Shown: positions 20,870 through 34,618 of the stretch, piece by piece
Numbering within the stretch: the first letter of the stretch is position 1
Layout: each line of letters begins with the position of its first letter
NCBI RefSeq assembly: GCF_965222475.1
Contig: NZ_CBDCUB010000008.1
Coordinates: 619,020 to 683,019 of the forward strand
Length of the DNA stretch: 64,000 nucleotides
Source: Candidatus Palauibacter sp.
Lineage (GTDB): Bacteria > Gemmatimonadota > Gemmatimonadetes > Palauibacterales > Palauibacteraceae
Direction: 5' to 3'
Position numbers and translations under genes: made by a program
Notes under the pieces: generated by a model
What the model was told of the DNA's origin: nothing
The model's database searches: none
What the model saw: the letters and a program-made list of their open reading frames with translations, nothing else

Positions 20870-21403
20870 ATGAGCGCGTCGGCGGTGGCCCGCAACTATG
20901 CGGCGACTCTCTTCGATCTCGCGGCACGGGACGGGAGCGAGGCGGAGTACGGGCGGCTGATCGAGGAGATCGGAGACCTGTACACGAACGTCCCGGAGTT
21001 TCAGCGCTTCCTGGAGGTGCCCGCGGTGTCGCTGTTCGAGAAGAAGGAGGCGATCCAGGCGGCTCTTTCCGGCCGGGCGCCGAATCTCTTCGTCCGCTTT
21101 CTGATGGTCGTGCTGGACCGCCACCGGCAGCGGGCTCTCCCCGGAGTCGCTCGCGCCTACCGCGATCTCCTGGACGCGAGGGCGGGGCGCGTCAGGGCCA
21201 GCGTGACGCTGCCGTTCGAGGCGGATGACCGCGTCCGGAGCGAGGTGGTTGCAGCGCTCCAGCGGCGCTTCGAGCGGGAGGTCGTTCCCGAATTCCACAT
21301 GGATCCGAACATCCTGGGCGGCGTGATCATCCGGGTCGGCGACGAGTTGCTGGACGCCTCGCTGCGGAGGCAACTCGAGCGGATGCGCCGCGAACTGTAC
21401 TGA
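20870..21403 (+). CDS. atpH: F0F1 ATP synthase subunit delta
   Basis: 177 aa beginning …ARNYAATLFDLAARDG… and ending …LGGVIIRVGDELLDASLRRQLERMRREL, the typical OSCP/delta pattern. Confidence 0.8.
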   Translation: MSASAVARNYAATLFDLAARDGSEAEYGRLIEEIGDLYTNVPEFQRFLEVPAVSLFEKKEAIQAALSGRAPNLFVRFLMVVLDRHRQRALPGVARAYRDLLDARAGRVRASVTLPFEADDRVRSEVVAALQRRFEREVVPEFHMDPNILGGVIIRVGDELLDASLRRQLERMRRELY

Positions 21404-21453
21404 GACCTCTGTACCGGGAAGTTCGTACCGGAGAATAGAGAAGAGAAGAGAAT

Positions 21454-23091
21454 ATGACAGGTTTCGACAGCTCTCTTCGAGCGAGCGAGATCAAGAAGGC
21501 CCTGCTCGAGCAGATCGACCGCTACGAGGAGGAACTTCGGGTCGAGGAGGTGGGCGAGGTCCTCGAGGTGAAGGACGGCGTGGCCCGTATCTGGGGCCTT
21601 TCCACATGCGTGGCCAACGAGATGCTCGAGATCACGTCCCGCCACACCGGGGTCTCGGTGACCGGTCTCGCCTCGAACCTCGAGGAAGACAACATCGGCG
21701 CCGTGATCCTCGGCGACTATCTGGCCCTGAAGGAGGGCGACCCGGTGCGCCGCACGGGCCGCGTGCTCTCCGTACCCGTGGGCCCGGACATTCTCGGCCG
21801 CGTCGTGGACACGCTGGGCCAGCCCGCCGATGGCCGCGGACCGATCGAGACCGTGACCTACATGAAGGTCGACCGGAAGGCGCCCGGCATCGTCTACCGG
21901 CAGCCCGTGAACGAGCCGCTGCAGACCGGGCTGAAGGCGATCGACTCGATGATCCCGATCGGGCGCGGGCAGCGCGAGCTGATCATCGGGGACCGCGGCA
22001 CGGGCAAGACGGCCGTGGCGATCGACGCCATCATCAACCAGCGGGGTCAGGACGTCGTCTGCGTCTACTGCGCGATCGGGCAGAAGGGTTCGACGGTCGC
22101 CGGCATCGTCGAGCGGCTGCGCGAGGAAGGCGCGCTCGACTATACGGTCGTGGTGGCCGCGAACGCCTCGGACCCGGCGCCCATGCAGTTCATGGCCCCC
22201 TACGCCGCGTGCGCGATCGGCGAGTACTTCATGTACGAGGAAGGCCGGGCGGTCCTCGTGATCTACGACGACCTCAGCAAGCAGGCCGACGCGTACCGCG
22301 AGGCGTCCCTCATCCTGCGCCGTCCGCCGGGGCGCGAGGCGTACCCCGGGGACGTCTTCTATCTCCACAGCCGTCTGCTCGAGCGGGCCGCCAAGATCAG
22401 CAACGATCCCGAGGCGATCGCCGGCCATCCGGACATCAGGAAGCCCGGCGGTTCGCTGACCGCGCTCCCGATCATCCAGACGGCGGCCGGCGACGTGTCG
22501 GCCTACATCCCGACGAACGTGATCTCGATTACCGACGGCCAGATCTTCCTTGAGACCGACCTCTTCTACTCGGGCATCCGTCCGGCCGTGAACGTGGGGA
22601 TCTCGGTCTCACGCGTAGGAGGGAACGCGCAGATCAAGGCCATGAAGAAGGTCGCCGGACGTCTCCGGCTGGACCTCGCGCAGTTCCGCGAGATCGAGGC
22701 CTTCGCACAGTTCGGCACCGAACTTGACGCGGCGACGCAGCGGCAGCTGGACCGCGGCCGGCGGACCGTCGAGGTCCTCAAGCAGGGGCAGTACGACCCG
22801 ATGCCGGTCGAGGAGCAGGTGATGGTGATCTTCGCCGCCACGCAGGGATTCCTCGACGACCTCGAGGTGTCGAGCCTCCGCGGCTGGGAGGTCGGATTCC
22901 TCGAGTACATGCGGACACGCCATTCGGGGGTCGGAGAGGCCATCCGGGAGGAGAGGGAGATCTCGAGCGAGACCGAAGCCGCGCTCCGCGCGGCGATCGA
23001 GTTCTACTCGGACACCTTCGCCCACGACGGCACCTCGCGCACCGACGGTTCGGAAGCCGCGGCGAGTCCGGCCGCGGCCGTGACGGCGTAG
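21454..23091 (+). CDS. atpA: F0F1 ATP synthase subunit alpha
   Basis: P-loop [18 protein letters not shown], …[11 protein letters not shown]…, 545 aa. Confidence 0.95.
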   Translation: MTGFDSSLRASEIKKALLEQIDRYEEELRVEEVGEVLEVKDGVARIWGLSTCVANEMLEITSRHTGVSVTGLASNLEEDNIGAVILGDYLALKEGDPVRRTGRVLSVPVGPDILGRVVDTLGQPADGRGPIETVTYMKVDRKAPGIVYRQPVNEPLQTGLKAIDSMIPIGRGQRELIIGDRGTGKTAVAIDAIINQRGQDVVCVYCAIGQKGSTVAGIVERLREEGALDYTVVVAANASDPAPMQFMAPYAACAIGEYFMYEEGRAVLVIYDDLSKQADAYREASLILRRPPGREAYPGDVFYLHSRLLERAAKISNDPEAIAGHPDIRKPGGSLTALPIIQTAAGDVSAYIPTNVISITDGQIFLETDLFYSGIRPAVNVGISVSRVGGNAQIKAMKKVAGRLRLDLAQFREIEAFAQFGTELDAATQRQLDRGRRTVEVLKQGQYDPMPVEEQVMVIFAATQGFLDDLEVSSLRGWEVGFLEYMRTRHSGVGEAIREEREISSETEAALRAAIEFYSDTFAHDGTSRTDGSEAAASPAAAVTA

Positions 23092-23109
23092 GGCAGCCGG
23101 GGCGGGGGC

Positions 23110-23976
23110 ATGAGCAAGTCGAGAGACATCTATCGGCGGATGAAGTCCGTCGACAGCACGAAGAAGATCACGCGAACCATGGAGATGGTCGCGACCGCCA
23201 AGCTCGCGCAGGCGCAGGGGCGGGTGATCCGCGCGCGCCCGTACTCGGCCCAGCTGATGGACATGATCGCCCGGCTCGCCACGCCGGATCTGGCGGAGTC
23301 CCAGCCCCTGCTGCGGCAGCCCGACCGCATCGCGCGGGCCGCGGTCGTGCTCGTGACGAGCAATCGGGGACTGTGCGGTGCCTTCAACGCGAACCTCATC
23401 CGAACCGCGCAGGCGCAGCTTCGGGAGCTGGGGGAAGCCGGGGCCGCCATCGAGTTCCACGTCTACGGGAACAAGGGGATCTCCTACTTCCGGTTCCGGG
23501 GCGTCGAAATGGCGCACGCCCGCAACGACCTCGGGGATCCTCCGGCCACGGAGGATGCGCGGAGTCTGATCGAGGACCTGGCCGCCCGCTTCGTGTCGGG
23601 CGAACTGGATGCGGTCCGGCTCGTGTTCGCGGAGTTCCGAAACATGGTCAGCACGCCGCCCAGGGTCCGGCAGATTCTGCCGGTCGGCGTCGGAGAGGCG
23701 CGCAGCGGGCCGCAGCCCTTCTACATCCTGGATCCGTCGGAGGACGGGATTCTCGACCATCTCCTGCCGCTCTACGTCACGAATTCGACGTACAGCGCGC
23801 TCCTCGAGACGGCGGCGGCGGAGCAGGCCGCCCGCCGTACGGCGATGAAGTCGGCGACGGACAACGCCAACGACTTTCTCGACAACCTGCGACGCACGTA
23901 CAACCGCGCCCGCCAGGCCGAGATCACCAACCAGATCGCGGAGATCATCGGCGGTGCGGACGCACTCGATGGATAG
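23110..23976 (+). CDS. atpG: F0F1 ATP synthase subunit gamma
   Basis: MSKSRDIYRRMKSVDSTKKITRTMEMVATAKL… N-terminal helix, C-terminal …NRARQAEITNQIAEIIGGADAL. Confidence 0.9.
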   Translation: MSKSRDIYRRMKSVDSTKKITRTMEMVATAKLAQAQGRVIRARPYSAQLMDMIARLATPDLAESQPLLRQPDRIARAAVVLVTSNRGLCGAFNANLIRTAQAQLRELGEAGAAIEFHVYGNKGISYFRFRGVEMAHARNDLGDPPATEDARSLIEDLAARFVSGELDAVRLVFAEFRNMVSTPPRVRQILPVGVGEARSGPQPFYILDPSEDGILDHLLPLYVTNSTYSALLETAAAEQAARRTAMKSATDNANDFLDNLRRTYNRARQAEITNQIAEIIGGADALDG

Positions 23977-24026
23977 CATGCACGGGGGCGGCGACGCCCC
24001 TCACGAACCGAAAGCCATGAGGCTGA

Positions 24027-25478
<1,452 letters not shown>

Positions 25479-25530
25479 GCGGGCGCGACCGGGACGGCCG
25501 CGCCGCGCCGGGGCGCGAGGGAGGCGGCTG

Positions 25531-25869
25531 ATGGCGGCGGCGCGCATCGGGGACCACGACGGGCCCTGGAATGACATCCCGTCGGCCGCGAACCTGTCGA
25601 CGGAACGTCGCCTGCGGGTGACGGTGATATCTCCGTCCGCAGCGGCCTTTTCCGGGGCCGCGACATCCGTCGTCGCGCCGGCGCACGACGGGGAGATCGG
25701 CATCCTGTACGGGCATGCCCCGATGGTGGTGCTGCTCGGCGAGGGCTTCCTGCGCGTGCGTACGGACGACGGACCGCGTCGATTCCGCGTCGCCCGCGGC
25801 TTCCTGCAGGTGCTCGACAACACCGTCTCCGTCCTGGCCGAACACGTGGACCCGGCCGAGGCCGAATGA
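25531..25869 (+). CDS. atpC: F0F1 ATP synthase subunit epsilon (start may be a few codons downstream of 25531)
   Basis: …LRVTVISPSAAAFSGAATSVVAPAHDGEIGILYGHAPMVVLLGEGFLRV…. Confidence 0.8.
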   Translation: MAAARIGDHDGPWNDIPSAANLSTERRLRVTVISPSAAAFSGAATSVVAPAHDGEIGILYGHAPMVVLLGEGFLRVRTDDGPRRFRVARGFLQVLDNTVSVLAEHVDPAEAE

Positions 25870-25894
25870 CCTCGGGGTGGGGCGCGCCGCGAGC

Positions 25895-25923
25895 TTGACG
25901 CGCGCCTCCCCGACCCTTATTCT
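25895..25923 (+). promoter_or_regulatory. candidate sigma70-type promoter for the 23S-5S rRNA transcript (TTGACG-17 bp-TATTCT)
   Basis: cTTGACGcgcgcctccccgacccTTATTCTcc lies in the 170-bp gap between atpC and the 23S 5' end. A second perfect TTGACA at about 25968 has no good -10. Confidence 0.3.
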
Positions 25924-26037
25924 CCCCATCTTCCCCGCGAGCCCGTTCCATGTGTTCGCGGGGTGCTTTTTGACAATCCGGTAGCGAGTGAGTGCTGGGC
26001 GCCGAGTGCGTCTGAGGTGCTTGATGCCGTCAATGAA

Positions 26038-29072
<3,035 letters not shown>

Positions 29073-29146
29073 TCTTTATACAAGGTCTATAAGCGCTTCA
29101 GCGCACTCAAGAGTTTGGCACTCACTCGCTGCTTGTTCTCGAGAAT

Positions 29147-29266
29147 TGCCGGCGGCTTTAGCGAGGGGGAAACACCTGGTCCCATCCCGAACCCAGCAGT
29201 TAAGCCCCTCAGCGCCGATGGTACTTGGGCGGAGACGCCCTGGGAGAGTAGGTCGCTGCCGGCGCC
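29147..29266 (+). rRNA. rrf: 5S ribosomal RNA
   Basis: TGCCGGCGGCTTTAGCGAGGGGGAAACACCTGGTCCCATCCCGAACCCAGCAGTTAAGCCCCTCAGCGCCGATGGTACTTGGG…GGGAGAGTAGGTCGCTGCCGGCGCC; about 120 nt. Confidence 0.85.
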
Positions 29267-29272
29267 TTATCG

Positions 29273-29312
29273 GAAACGCCTCGTGTCCACGTGGATACGG
29301 GGCGTTTCTTGC
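29273..29312 (+). terminator. hairpin (GAAACGCCTCG…CGGGGCGTTTC) followed by TTGC; candidate rrn operon terminator
   Basis: An 11-bp imperfect stem with a 14-nt loop lies immediately after the 5S gene. Confidence 0.35.
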
Positions 29313-29373
29313 ATCGGGCGACGGGGGCGGGAAGGCGACGGGGCGTCCGTGATGCGGCACCCGGCCGCGCTAG

Positions 29374-30453
29374 CTAGTGTAGTGTCGCGAAAGTGGCGTT
29401 CGCACGGCTCACTTTCGCCAGGATGTCCTCCACGGCGGCGGTCCACTTGAACGGCGCCGGGTCCCGGTTCCGGTCGTCGATGTAGGCCGTGATCGTGTCG
29501 GTCAGCTGCTTCACGCCGGTCACGGCGAGCCGCTTGAGCCGGCGCTGCGCCAGCTCCGAGAAGAAGCGCTCGACGAGGTTGAGCCACGAGGACGACGTGG
29601 GGATGAAGTGGAACTTCACCCGGGGGTGCTTCTCCAGCCACGCCTCCACCTTCCCGTGCTTGTGCGTCGAGTAGTTGTCGAGGATGACGTGAAGGTCCAG
29701 CTCCGGATCGACCCGCGTCTCCACCTCGGCCATGAAGCGGAGGAACTCCCGGTGCCGGTGGCGGGGCACGCACTTGTGGATCACCTCCCCGGTCGCCACG
29801 TCCAGCGCCGCGAACAGGGTCGTCGTCCCGTGGCGCTTGTAGTCGTGCGTCATCGTGCCGCACCGGCCCTTCTTCCACGGAAGCCCCGGCTGCGTGCGGT
29901 CCAGCGCCTGGATTTGGCTCTTCTCGTCGAAGGCGAACACGACCGCCCGCTCCGGCGGGTCCACGTACAGCCCCACCACGTCGCGGAGCTTCTCCACGAA
30001 CTCCGGGTCGGTCGAGAGCTTGAAGGTGCGCGTGAGGTGGGGCTTCAGCCCGTGCGCCCGCCAGATCCGCGCCACCTGGCTGTGGTGGAGCCCGGCCGCC
30101 TCCGCCATCAGCCGCGTGCTCCAGTGCGTCCCCCGCGGCGGCTTCTCCTCCAGCGTCCGGCGCACGACCTCCGCCTCCACCTCCGGCGTGATGCTCGTTC
30201 GCGGACGGCCCCGGCGGGGCCGGTCCTCCAGTCCGGCGAGACCCTCGGCCTCGTACCGGTCCAGCCACCGCTGCACGGTCGGCAGCGAGAGGCCGAACTT
30301 CCGGGCCATGGCCCGGCCCGACAGGCCGCTGGCCGAACCGAGGACGATCCTGGCGCGCTCGGCGCGCCGCTGCGGGGTCTTCCGGGCTCGAACCCGCCGT
30401 TCGAGCTCCTCGCGGTCCCCGGGCCGCAACCGGATCCTTCGTATCTTGGGCAT
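29374..30453 (-). CDS. IS630/Tc1-mariner-type DDE transposase (start at MPKIRR…; the ORF track extends to 30489)
   Basis: N-terminal HTH (…ARKFGLSLPTVQRWLDRYEAEGLAGLEDRPRRGRP…), catalytic region …VVFAFDEKSQIQALD… ILDNYSTHK… SSWLNLVERFFSEL (DD…E). The last sense codon is the last triplet of the element, and the TAG stop is formed by the duplicated TA plus the flanking C. Confidence 0.85.
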   Translation of the reverse strand: MPKIRRIRLRPGDREELERRVRARKTPQRRAERARIVLGSASGLSGRAMARKFGLSLPTVQRWLDRYEAEGLAGLEDRPRRGRPRTSITPEVEAEVVRRTLEEKPPRGTHWSTRLMAEAAGLHHSQVARIWRAHGLKPHLTRTFKLSTDPEFVEKLRDVVGLYVDPPERAVVFAFDEKSQIQALDRTQPGLPWKKGRCGTMTHDYKRHGTTTLFAALDVATGEVIHKCVPRHRHREFLRFMAEVETRVDPELDLHVILDNYSTHKHGKVEAWLEKHPRVKFHFIPTSSSWLNLVERFFSELAQRRLKRLAVTGVKQLTDTITAYIDDRNRDPAPFKWTAAVEDILAKVSRANATFATLH

Positions 30454-30510
30454 GCGCCGAAGATAGCACGTGTTTCCCCCATTGACCATCTCATCTCTGC
30501 GACACTACAC
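29377..30510 (-). mobile_element. IS630-family insertion sequence (about 1134 bp), inserted into a CTAG target with TA duplication
   Basis: Terminal inverted repeats GTGTAGTGTCGC…/…GCGACACTACAC (12/12 identical, similarity continuing imperfectly). The element is flanked by C-TA-[IS]-TA-G and carries a single transposase ORF. Confidence 0.8.
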
Positions 30511-30549
30511 TAGGGCTGCGGACGGCGACGACCTTTCGCCATTGTCTTG

Positions 30550-31173
30550 CTACGGGGTGGTGACGGCGAGGAAGCGGCGGACGGCGGCGGCGGGGTCTGG
30601 GGCGGACATGACGGCGGAGAGGACGGCGATGCCGGCGCCGGTGGCGTGGACGCGGGCCGCGTTGTCCGGAGTGATGCCTCCGATCCCCAGGCAGGGCAGG
30701 CCGCTCGCCTTCCGGACTGCGCGGACGCGGTCGGGGCCGATCGCTTCGTCGGCGAGGCCGGGCTTGGAGCGGGTGCCGAAGACGGCCCCGACACCGAGGT
30801 AATCGGCTCCGGCCGCGGCGGCGCGGCGGGCCTCGTCCGGATCATCGGTCGAGTAGCCGATGAGGAAGTCGGGGGGAGAGAGTCTGCGCGCGGTGGGGAG
30901 GGGCAGGTCCTCGGGGCCGAGGTGGACGCCATCGGCGCCCGCGGCGAGGGCGACATCGAGGCGATCGTTGACGACGAGCAGGGCGCCGGCGGGCGCTGTG
31001 ATCGCGAGGAGCCGGATGGTCGTCTCGAGCAGGGTTCGGCTGTCGACCGTCTTGTGGCGAAGCTGGATGGCGGTGGCGCCGGCGCCGACGCAGTCCGCGA
31101 CGACCTGTTCGAGCGGTCGTCCGCAGGCGGGCCGTGGGTGCGTGAGCACCATGAGACGCCCCGGATCGGGCAC
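30550..31173 (-). CDS. thiE: thiamine-phosphate synthase
   Basis: …AIQLRHKTVDSRTLLETTIRLLAI…LLVVNDRLDVALAAGADGVHLGPEDLP…IGYSTDDPDEARRAAAAGADYLGVGAVFGT… (TMP-TENI fold). Confidence 0.85.
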   Translation of the reverse strand: MPDPGRLMVLTHPRPACGRPLEQVVADCVGAGATAIQLRHKTVDSRTLLETTIRLLAITAPAGALLVVNDRLDVALAAGADGVHLGPEDLPLPTARRLSPPDFLIGYSTDDPDEARRAAAAGADYLGVGAVFGTRSKPGLADEAIGPDRVRAVRKASGLPCLGIGGITPDNAARVHATGAGIAVLSAVMSAPDPAAAVRRFLAVTTP

Positions 31174-31193
31174 GGCGGGCGCCGGGCGCGGGC

Positions 31194-32225
31194 TCAGCGC
31201 GCCGCGTCGCGGGCGAGCCGTATGCGGCTTATTGCGGCGTTGTGTTCCCGCAGGGTGCGCGTGAACTCGTGCGAGCCATCGTTCCGCGCCACGAAGAAGA
31301 GGTATTCGTGCTCCGCGGGTTGGAGGGCGGCGCGCAGCGACGCCGCGCCCGGAGAAGCGATGGGGCCGGGCGGCAGCCCCGGCTGCGTGTAGGTGTTGTA
31401 GGGGTGGTCCGCGACGGCATCGATGTCGCGGTAGAGGAGGCGCGACCTCGGTTCCCCAAGCGCGAAGTGCACCGTCGGGTCCGCCTGGAGCAGCATCCCG
31501 CGTTGCAGGCGGTTCCAGTACACGCCCGCGACGACCGTACGCTCATCCCCTCTCTGGACCTCCTTTTCGACGATGCTGGCCAGGGTCACGATCTCGCGCT
31601 CGTCCAGTCCGAGCGTCGCGGCCCGGGCTCGCTCGTCCTCGCCCCAGAACGCGTGATAACGGCCGACCATCGCGGCGACGATCGCAGGGAGGCCGACGCC
31701 CTCGGCGAACCGGTACGTCTCCGGAAAGAGGTATCCCTCGAGTGTCGGCCCCGGGACACCGAGTTCGGAAGCCCGCGCCGGATCTGTCAGGTAGGCCTGG
31801 ACCGCCTCCACCGGATCTCCGCTGTACGCGGCGAGACGATCCGCGACTTGCGGGATCCCGAAACCCTCCGGAATCGTCAACGGTGTGGTGACGACCGCGC
31901 CGCTGTGAAGCGCCCGCAACAGGTACGCGTACGGCGCCCCTCTGGGAATCTCGTAACGGCCGGCCTTGAGCGACCTCGCCTCTCCCCTGAGGCGCACGTA
32001 GGCGTCGAACACTCCGAAGTGGCCGATCAGTCCGGCCGTCTCCAGCAGTTGGGCGACGTCTCCGGAGGCGACCCCCTCGGGCACGCGAATCTCGACGGTA
32101 GATCCGTCCGCGGGCCCCACCCCCCGGAACTCGGTGGAGAAGAACCCGTACGCCACGGGTGCCGCGGCCGCCAACACGGCGGCCACGCACCGACCCGCCT
32201 GCCGCCTCCCCGGCCGGCCGCTCAT
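31194..32225 (-). CDS. mltG: endolytic murein transglycosylase (YceG/MltG family)
   Basis: N-terminal TM anchor, then the YceG-like domain …LEGYLFPETYRF…IVTLASIVEKE…RTVVAGVYWNRL…GMLLQADPTV.YAL…. Start taken at the internal Met at 32225; the ORF track extends to 32399. Confidence 0.8.
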   Translation of the reverse strand: MSGRPGRRQAGRCVAAVLAAAAPVAYGFFSTEFRGVGPADGSTVEIRVPEGVASGDVAQLLETAGLIGHFGVFDAYVRLRGEARSLKAGRYEIPRGAPYAYLLRALHSGAVVTTPLTIPEGFGIPQVADRLAAYSGDPVEAVQAYLTDPARASELGVPGPTLEGYLFPETYRFAEGVGLPAIVAAMVGRYHAFWGEDERARAATLGLDEREIVTLASIVEKEVQRGDERTVVAGVYWNRLQRGMLLQADPTVHFALGEPRSRLLYRDIDAVADHPYNTYTQPGLPPGPIASPGAASLRAALQPAEHEYLFFVARNDGSHEFTRTLREHNAAISRIRLARDAAR

Positions 32226-32674
32226 GGCCCTTCCGTGTCCGCGCCCACGGCCGAGATCGCAGTGCTCCGCAGGTAGGCGGAGAGCATGAGGGAGGCCGCG
32301 ACCTCGTCGGCCCGACCCTTCTGTTCTCGCTTCGCCCTGGGCAGCTGCATGGCGAGAATCTCCCGTTCCGCGCGCGCCGTGGACAGCCTCTCGTCCCACT
32401 CGATGGTGCGTACCCCGGTGGCCTCCCGGAGGGCTCGCGCGAAGGTTCGTGCCTCCTCCGCCATCGCTCCCGCGGTACCGTCCATCGCGAAGGGAATACC
32501 CACGAGGATGGCCGCGGGCTCCACTTCGGTCACGAGCGCGACCAACCTATGTGGGAGGGCGGAGGCTGGTGCTCCCCGCCTCGGTCGCTCGATCACGCCG
32601 CGAGGCGTCGCGATCGTCCGGGTCGGGTCCGTGACGGCGACCCCGATGCGCCGCCGGCCGTAGTCGAGGGCCAT
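32222..32674 (-). CDS. ruvX: Holliday-junction resolvase-like / pre-16S rRNA nuclease RuvX (YqgF)
   Basis: MALDYGRRRIGVAVTDPTRTIATP…LVGIPFAMDGTAGAMAEEARTFARAL…RTIEWDERLSTARAE…. Overlaps the mltG start by 4 nt. Confidence 0.75.
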   Translation of the reverse strand: MALDYGRRRIGVAVTDPTRTIATPRGVIERPRRGAPASALPHRLVALVTEVEPAAILVGIPFAMDGTAGAMAEEARTFARALREATGVRTIEWDERLSTARAEREILAMQLPRAKREQKGRADEVAASLMLSAYLRSTAISAVGADTEGP

Positions 32675-32691
32675 GAGGCGCCCCGCGGGGG

Positions 32692-33189
32692 TCACCAGCG
32701 CCCCGCGCCTCCGAGGTCGACCCCGGCCGGGACCTCCCGGATCGTTGTCGCGGAGCCGAACATGAACCAGCAGGGCTGGCCGCCGCCGCATCGGACTTCC
32801 CTGACTGCCACCGGGCGGTTCGCCGCGCGGCTCAACACTCCACCGAGCAATGCGGCCGCGAAGTGACAGCACGCCCCGCCGGGAAGTTCCTCCGGCGCCT
32901 CAACGGAGTCGCGCCACGCAAGGGCGCCCGACCGTTGGCTTACGGGCCGGTACGATACCGAGCCGAGTCCGGCCCGGCGGAGGGCCGCATCGAGCCGGGA
33001 CCAGAACTCGGACGCCGGCAGCGCCGCGGGCGCCTCGGCCAACGTCGCGAGAAGACCTCCGCCCGCGCGGTCGCCGGCTTCACGCACCGCCTCGATCCCC
33101 GGATCGCCGCGCTCGACGCAACGGCGGAAGAGGGTCGAGAGGGCGGACCTGGGGAGGCTTACGACGGGATCCTGCGTGGGGGAATTCAT
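32692..33189 (-). CDS. hypothetical protein, possible V4R-domain protein
   Basis: C-terminal …GACCHFAAALLGGVLSRAANRPVAVREVRCGGGQPCWFMF resembles the Cys/Gly pattern of V4R domains. Start chosen at the internal Met; weak call. Confidence 0.3.
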   Translation of the reverse strand: MNSPTQDPVVSLPRSALSTLFRRCVERGDPGIEAVREAGDRAGGGLLATLAEAPAALPASEFWSRLDAALRRAGLGSVSYRPVSQRSGALAWRDSVEAPEELPGGACCHFAAALLGGVLSRAANRPVAVREVRCGGGQPCWFMFGSATTIREVPAGVDLGGAGRW

Positions 33190-34600
33190 CGGCCGGAAAG
33201 CTAGACAGGCGATCGAAGGGGGACAAGGTTGGCCCGCACGCGTGGTCTGCGCGAAGCTCCCGAACCCGGATGATGCCTTGCTCCTGACGCCACTCATCGA
33301 GAAGAAACGCGACGGCGGCCGCCTCACGCCCGACGAGCTGGAGACACTCCTTCGGGCGTACATGGAGGGCGCGTTCGCGGACTACCAGATGTCCGCCTTC
33401 CTCATGGCGGCGTTCATCCGCAGCCTCGATCCCGGGGAACTGTCCGTGCTCACGCGGGCGATCATCGAATCGGGCACAAGGCTCGACTTCGCGGACGATG
33501 GCCCGCCGCCCGTCGACAAGCACTCGACGGGCGGCGTCGGCGACAAGGTCTCGCTCGTACTCGCGCCCCTCCTGGCGGAAGCGGGGCTTCGGGTTCCGAT
33601 GATGTCGGGTCGCGGGCTGGGGCACACGGGCGGGACGCTGGACAAGCTCGAGTCGATCCCGGGATTCCAGGTCTCCATCGAACTCGACCGCTTCCGGACC
33701 ATCCTCGACGAGGTCGGCTGCGCGATGATCGGGCAGACGAGGGAGATCGCGCCGCTCGACGGGCGGCTCTACGCCCTGCGGGACGTCACCGGGACGGTGC
33801 CCTCGCCGACCCTCATCGCGGCCTCCATCGTCTCGAAGAAGGTCGCCGAGGGGATCGAAGCGCTGGTGCTCGACGTGAAGTTTGGGCGCGGTGCGTTCAT
33901 GACCGACGAGAGACGGGCCCGGGGACTGGCCCGGACGATGGTCGACCTCGCCGCCGCCGAGGGGGTTCGGGCCACGGCGCTGCTGACGGCCATGGATGCG
34001 CCCCTCGGCTATACGATCGGCAACGCGCTCGAGGTGGCGGAAGCGATCGAGACGCTGAGGGGCGGCGGGCCCGCCGATCTGCGCGAGGTCACGCTCGCCC
34101 TCGGCGCCGAATTGCTCGTCTCCACCGGCCGTGCCGCCGATGTCGAGGCTGCCGCGGCGGGGCTCGGCACCATACTGGAGGGTGGCGCGGCGCTGGGGCG
34201 GCTCGCGCGGCTCATCGAGGCGCAGGGCGGCGACCCGCGCGTGGCGGACGACCCGGGCCGGCTCCCGTCGGCGCCGGTGCGGGTGCCCTTCCGCTCGCCG
34301 GCTCCCGGCTGGCTCGACATCGACGCGCGCCGCGTGGGGCTCGCCTCGGTCGAACTGGGCGCGGGCCGCCGGCGCGTTGCGGACAGGATCGATCCGACGG
34401 TCGGCTTCGAGTTGCACCGCTTGGCGGGCGATCACGTGTCCGAAGGCGAGGTCCTGGTCACGATCCACGCGGCCGATTCGTCGAGCGCCGCCACCGCCGG
34501 GCAGCGTCTGATCGAAGCCATTGAACTCTCGGAGGAACCGCTCCCCCCGCGGAGGCTGATCCTGGACCGGGTCGACGAAGCTGGCCGGGCGGACGGCTGA
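33176..34600 (+). CDS. deoA: thymidine / pyrimidine-nucleoside phosphorylase (true start probably downstream, e.g. the TTG at about 33275)
   Basis: …LIEKKRDGGRLTPDELETLLRAYMEGAFADYQMSAFLMAAFIRSLD…DKHSTGGVGDKVSLVLAPLLAEAGLRVPMMSGRGLGHTGGTLDKLESIPGF…. The conserved N-terminus starts about 33 codons after the ORF-track Met. Confidence 0.85.
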   Translation: MGEFIGRKARQAIEGGQGWPARVVCAKLPNPDDALLLTPLIEKKRDGGRLTPDELETLLRAYMEGAFADYQMSAFLMAAFIRSLDPGELSVLTRAIIESGTRLDFADDGPPPVDKHSTGGVGDKVSLVLAPLLAEAGLRVPMMSGRGLGHTGGTLDKLESIPGFQVSIELDRFRTILDEVGCAMIGQTREIAPLDGRLYALRDVTGTVPSPTLIAASIVSKKVAEGIEALVLDVKFGRGAFMTDERRARGLARTMVDLAAAEGVRATALLTAMDAPLGYTIGNALEVAEAIETLRGGGPADLREVTLALGAELLVSTGRAADVEAAAAGLGTILEGGAALGRLARLIEAQGGDPRVADDPGRLPSAPVRVPFRSPAPGWLDIDARRVGLASVELGAGRRRVADRIDPTVGFELHRLAGDHVSEGEVLVTIHAADSSSAATAGQRLIEAIELSEEPLPPRRLILDRVDEAGRADG

Positions 34601-34618
34601 CATCCGCCCCCGCCCCGG

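Noticed and set aside
29073-29146. Possible tRNA in the 23S-5S spacer or in the 170-bp atpC-23S gap (25870-26037).
   Set aside because: No cloverleaf-compatible sequence was found (no GTTC…A T-loop with matching acceptor stem). Both spacers look like plain leader and spacer RNA.
32850-33290. ORFs 32850..33287(+) and 32863..33204(+) between ruvX and deoA.
   Set aside because: They overlap the better-supported minus-strand V4R-like ORF and the deoA start region, and they have no motif support.
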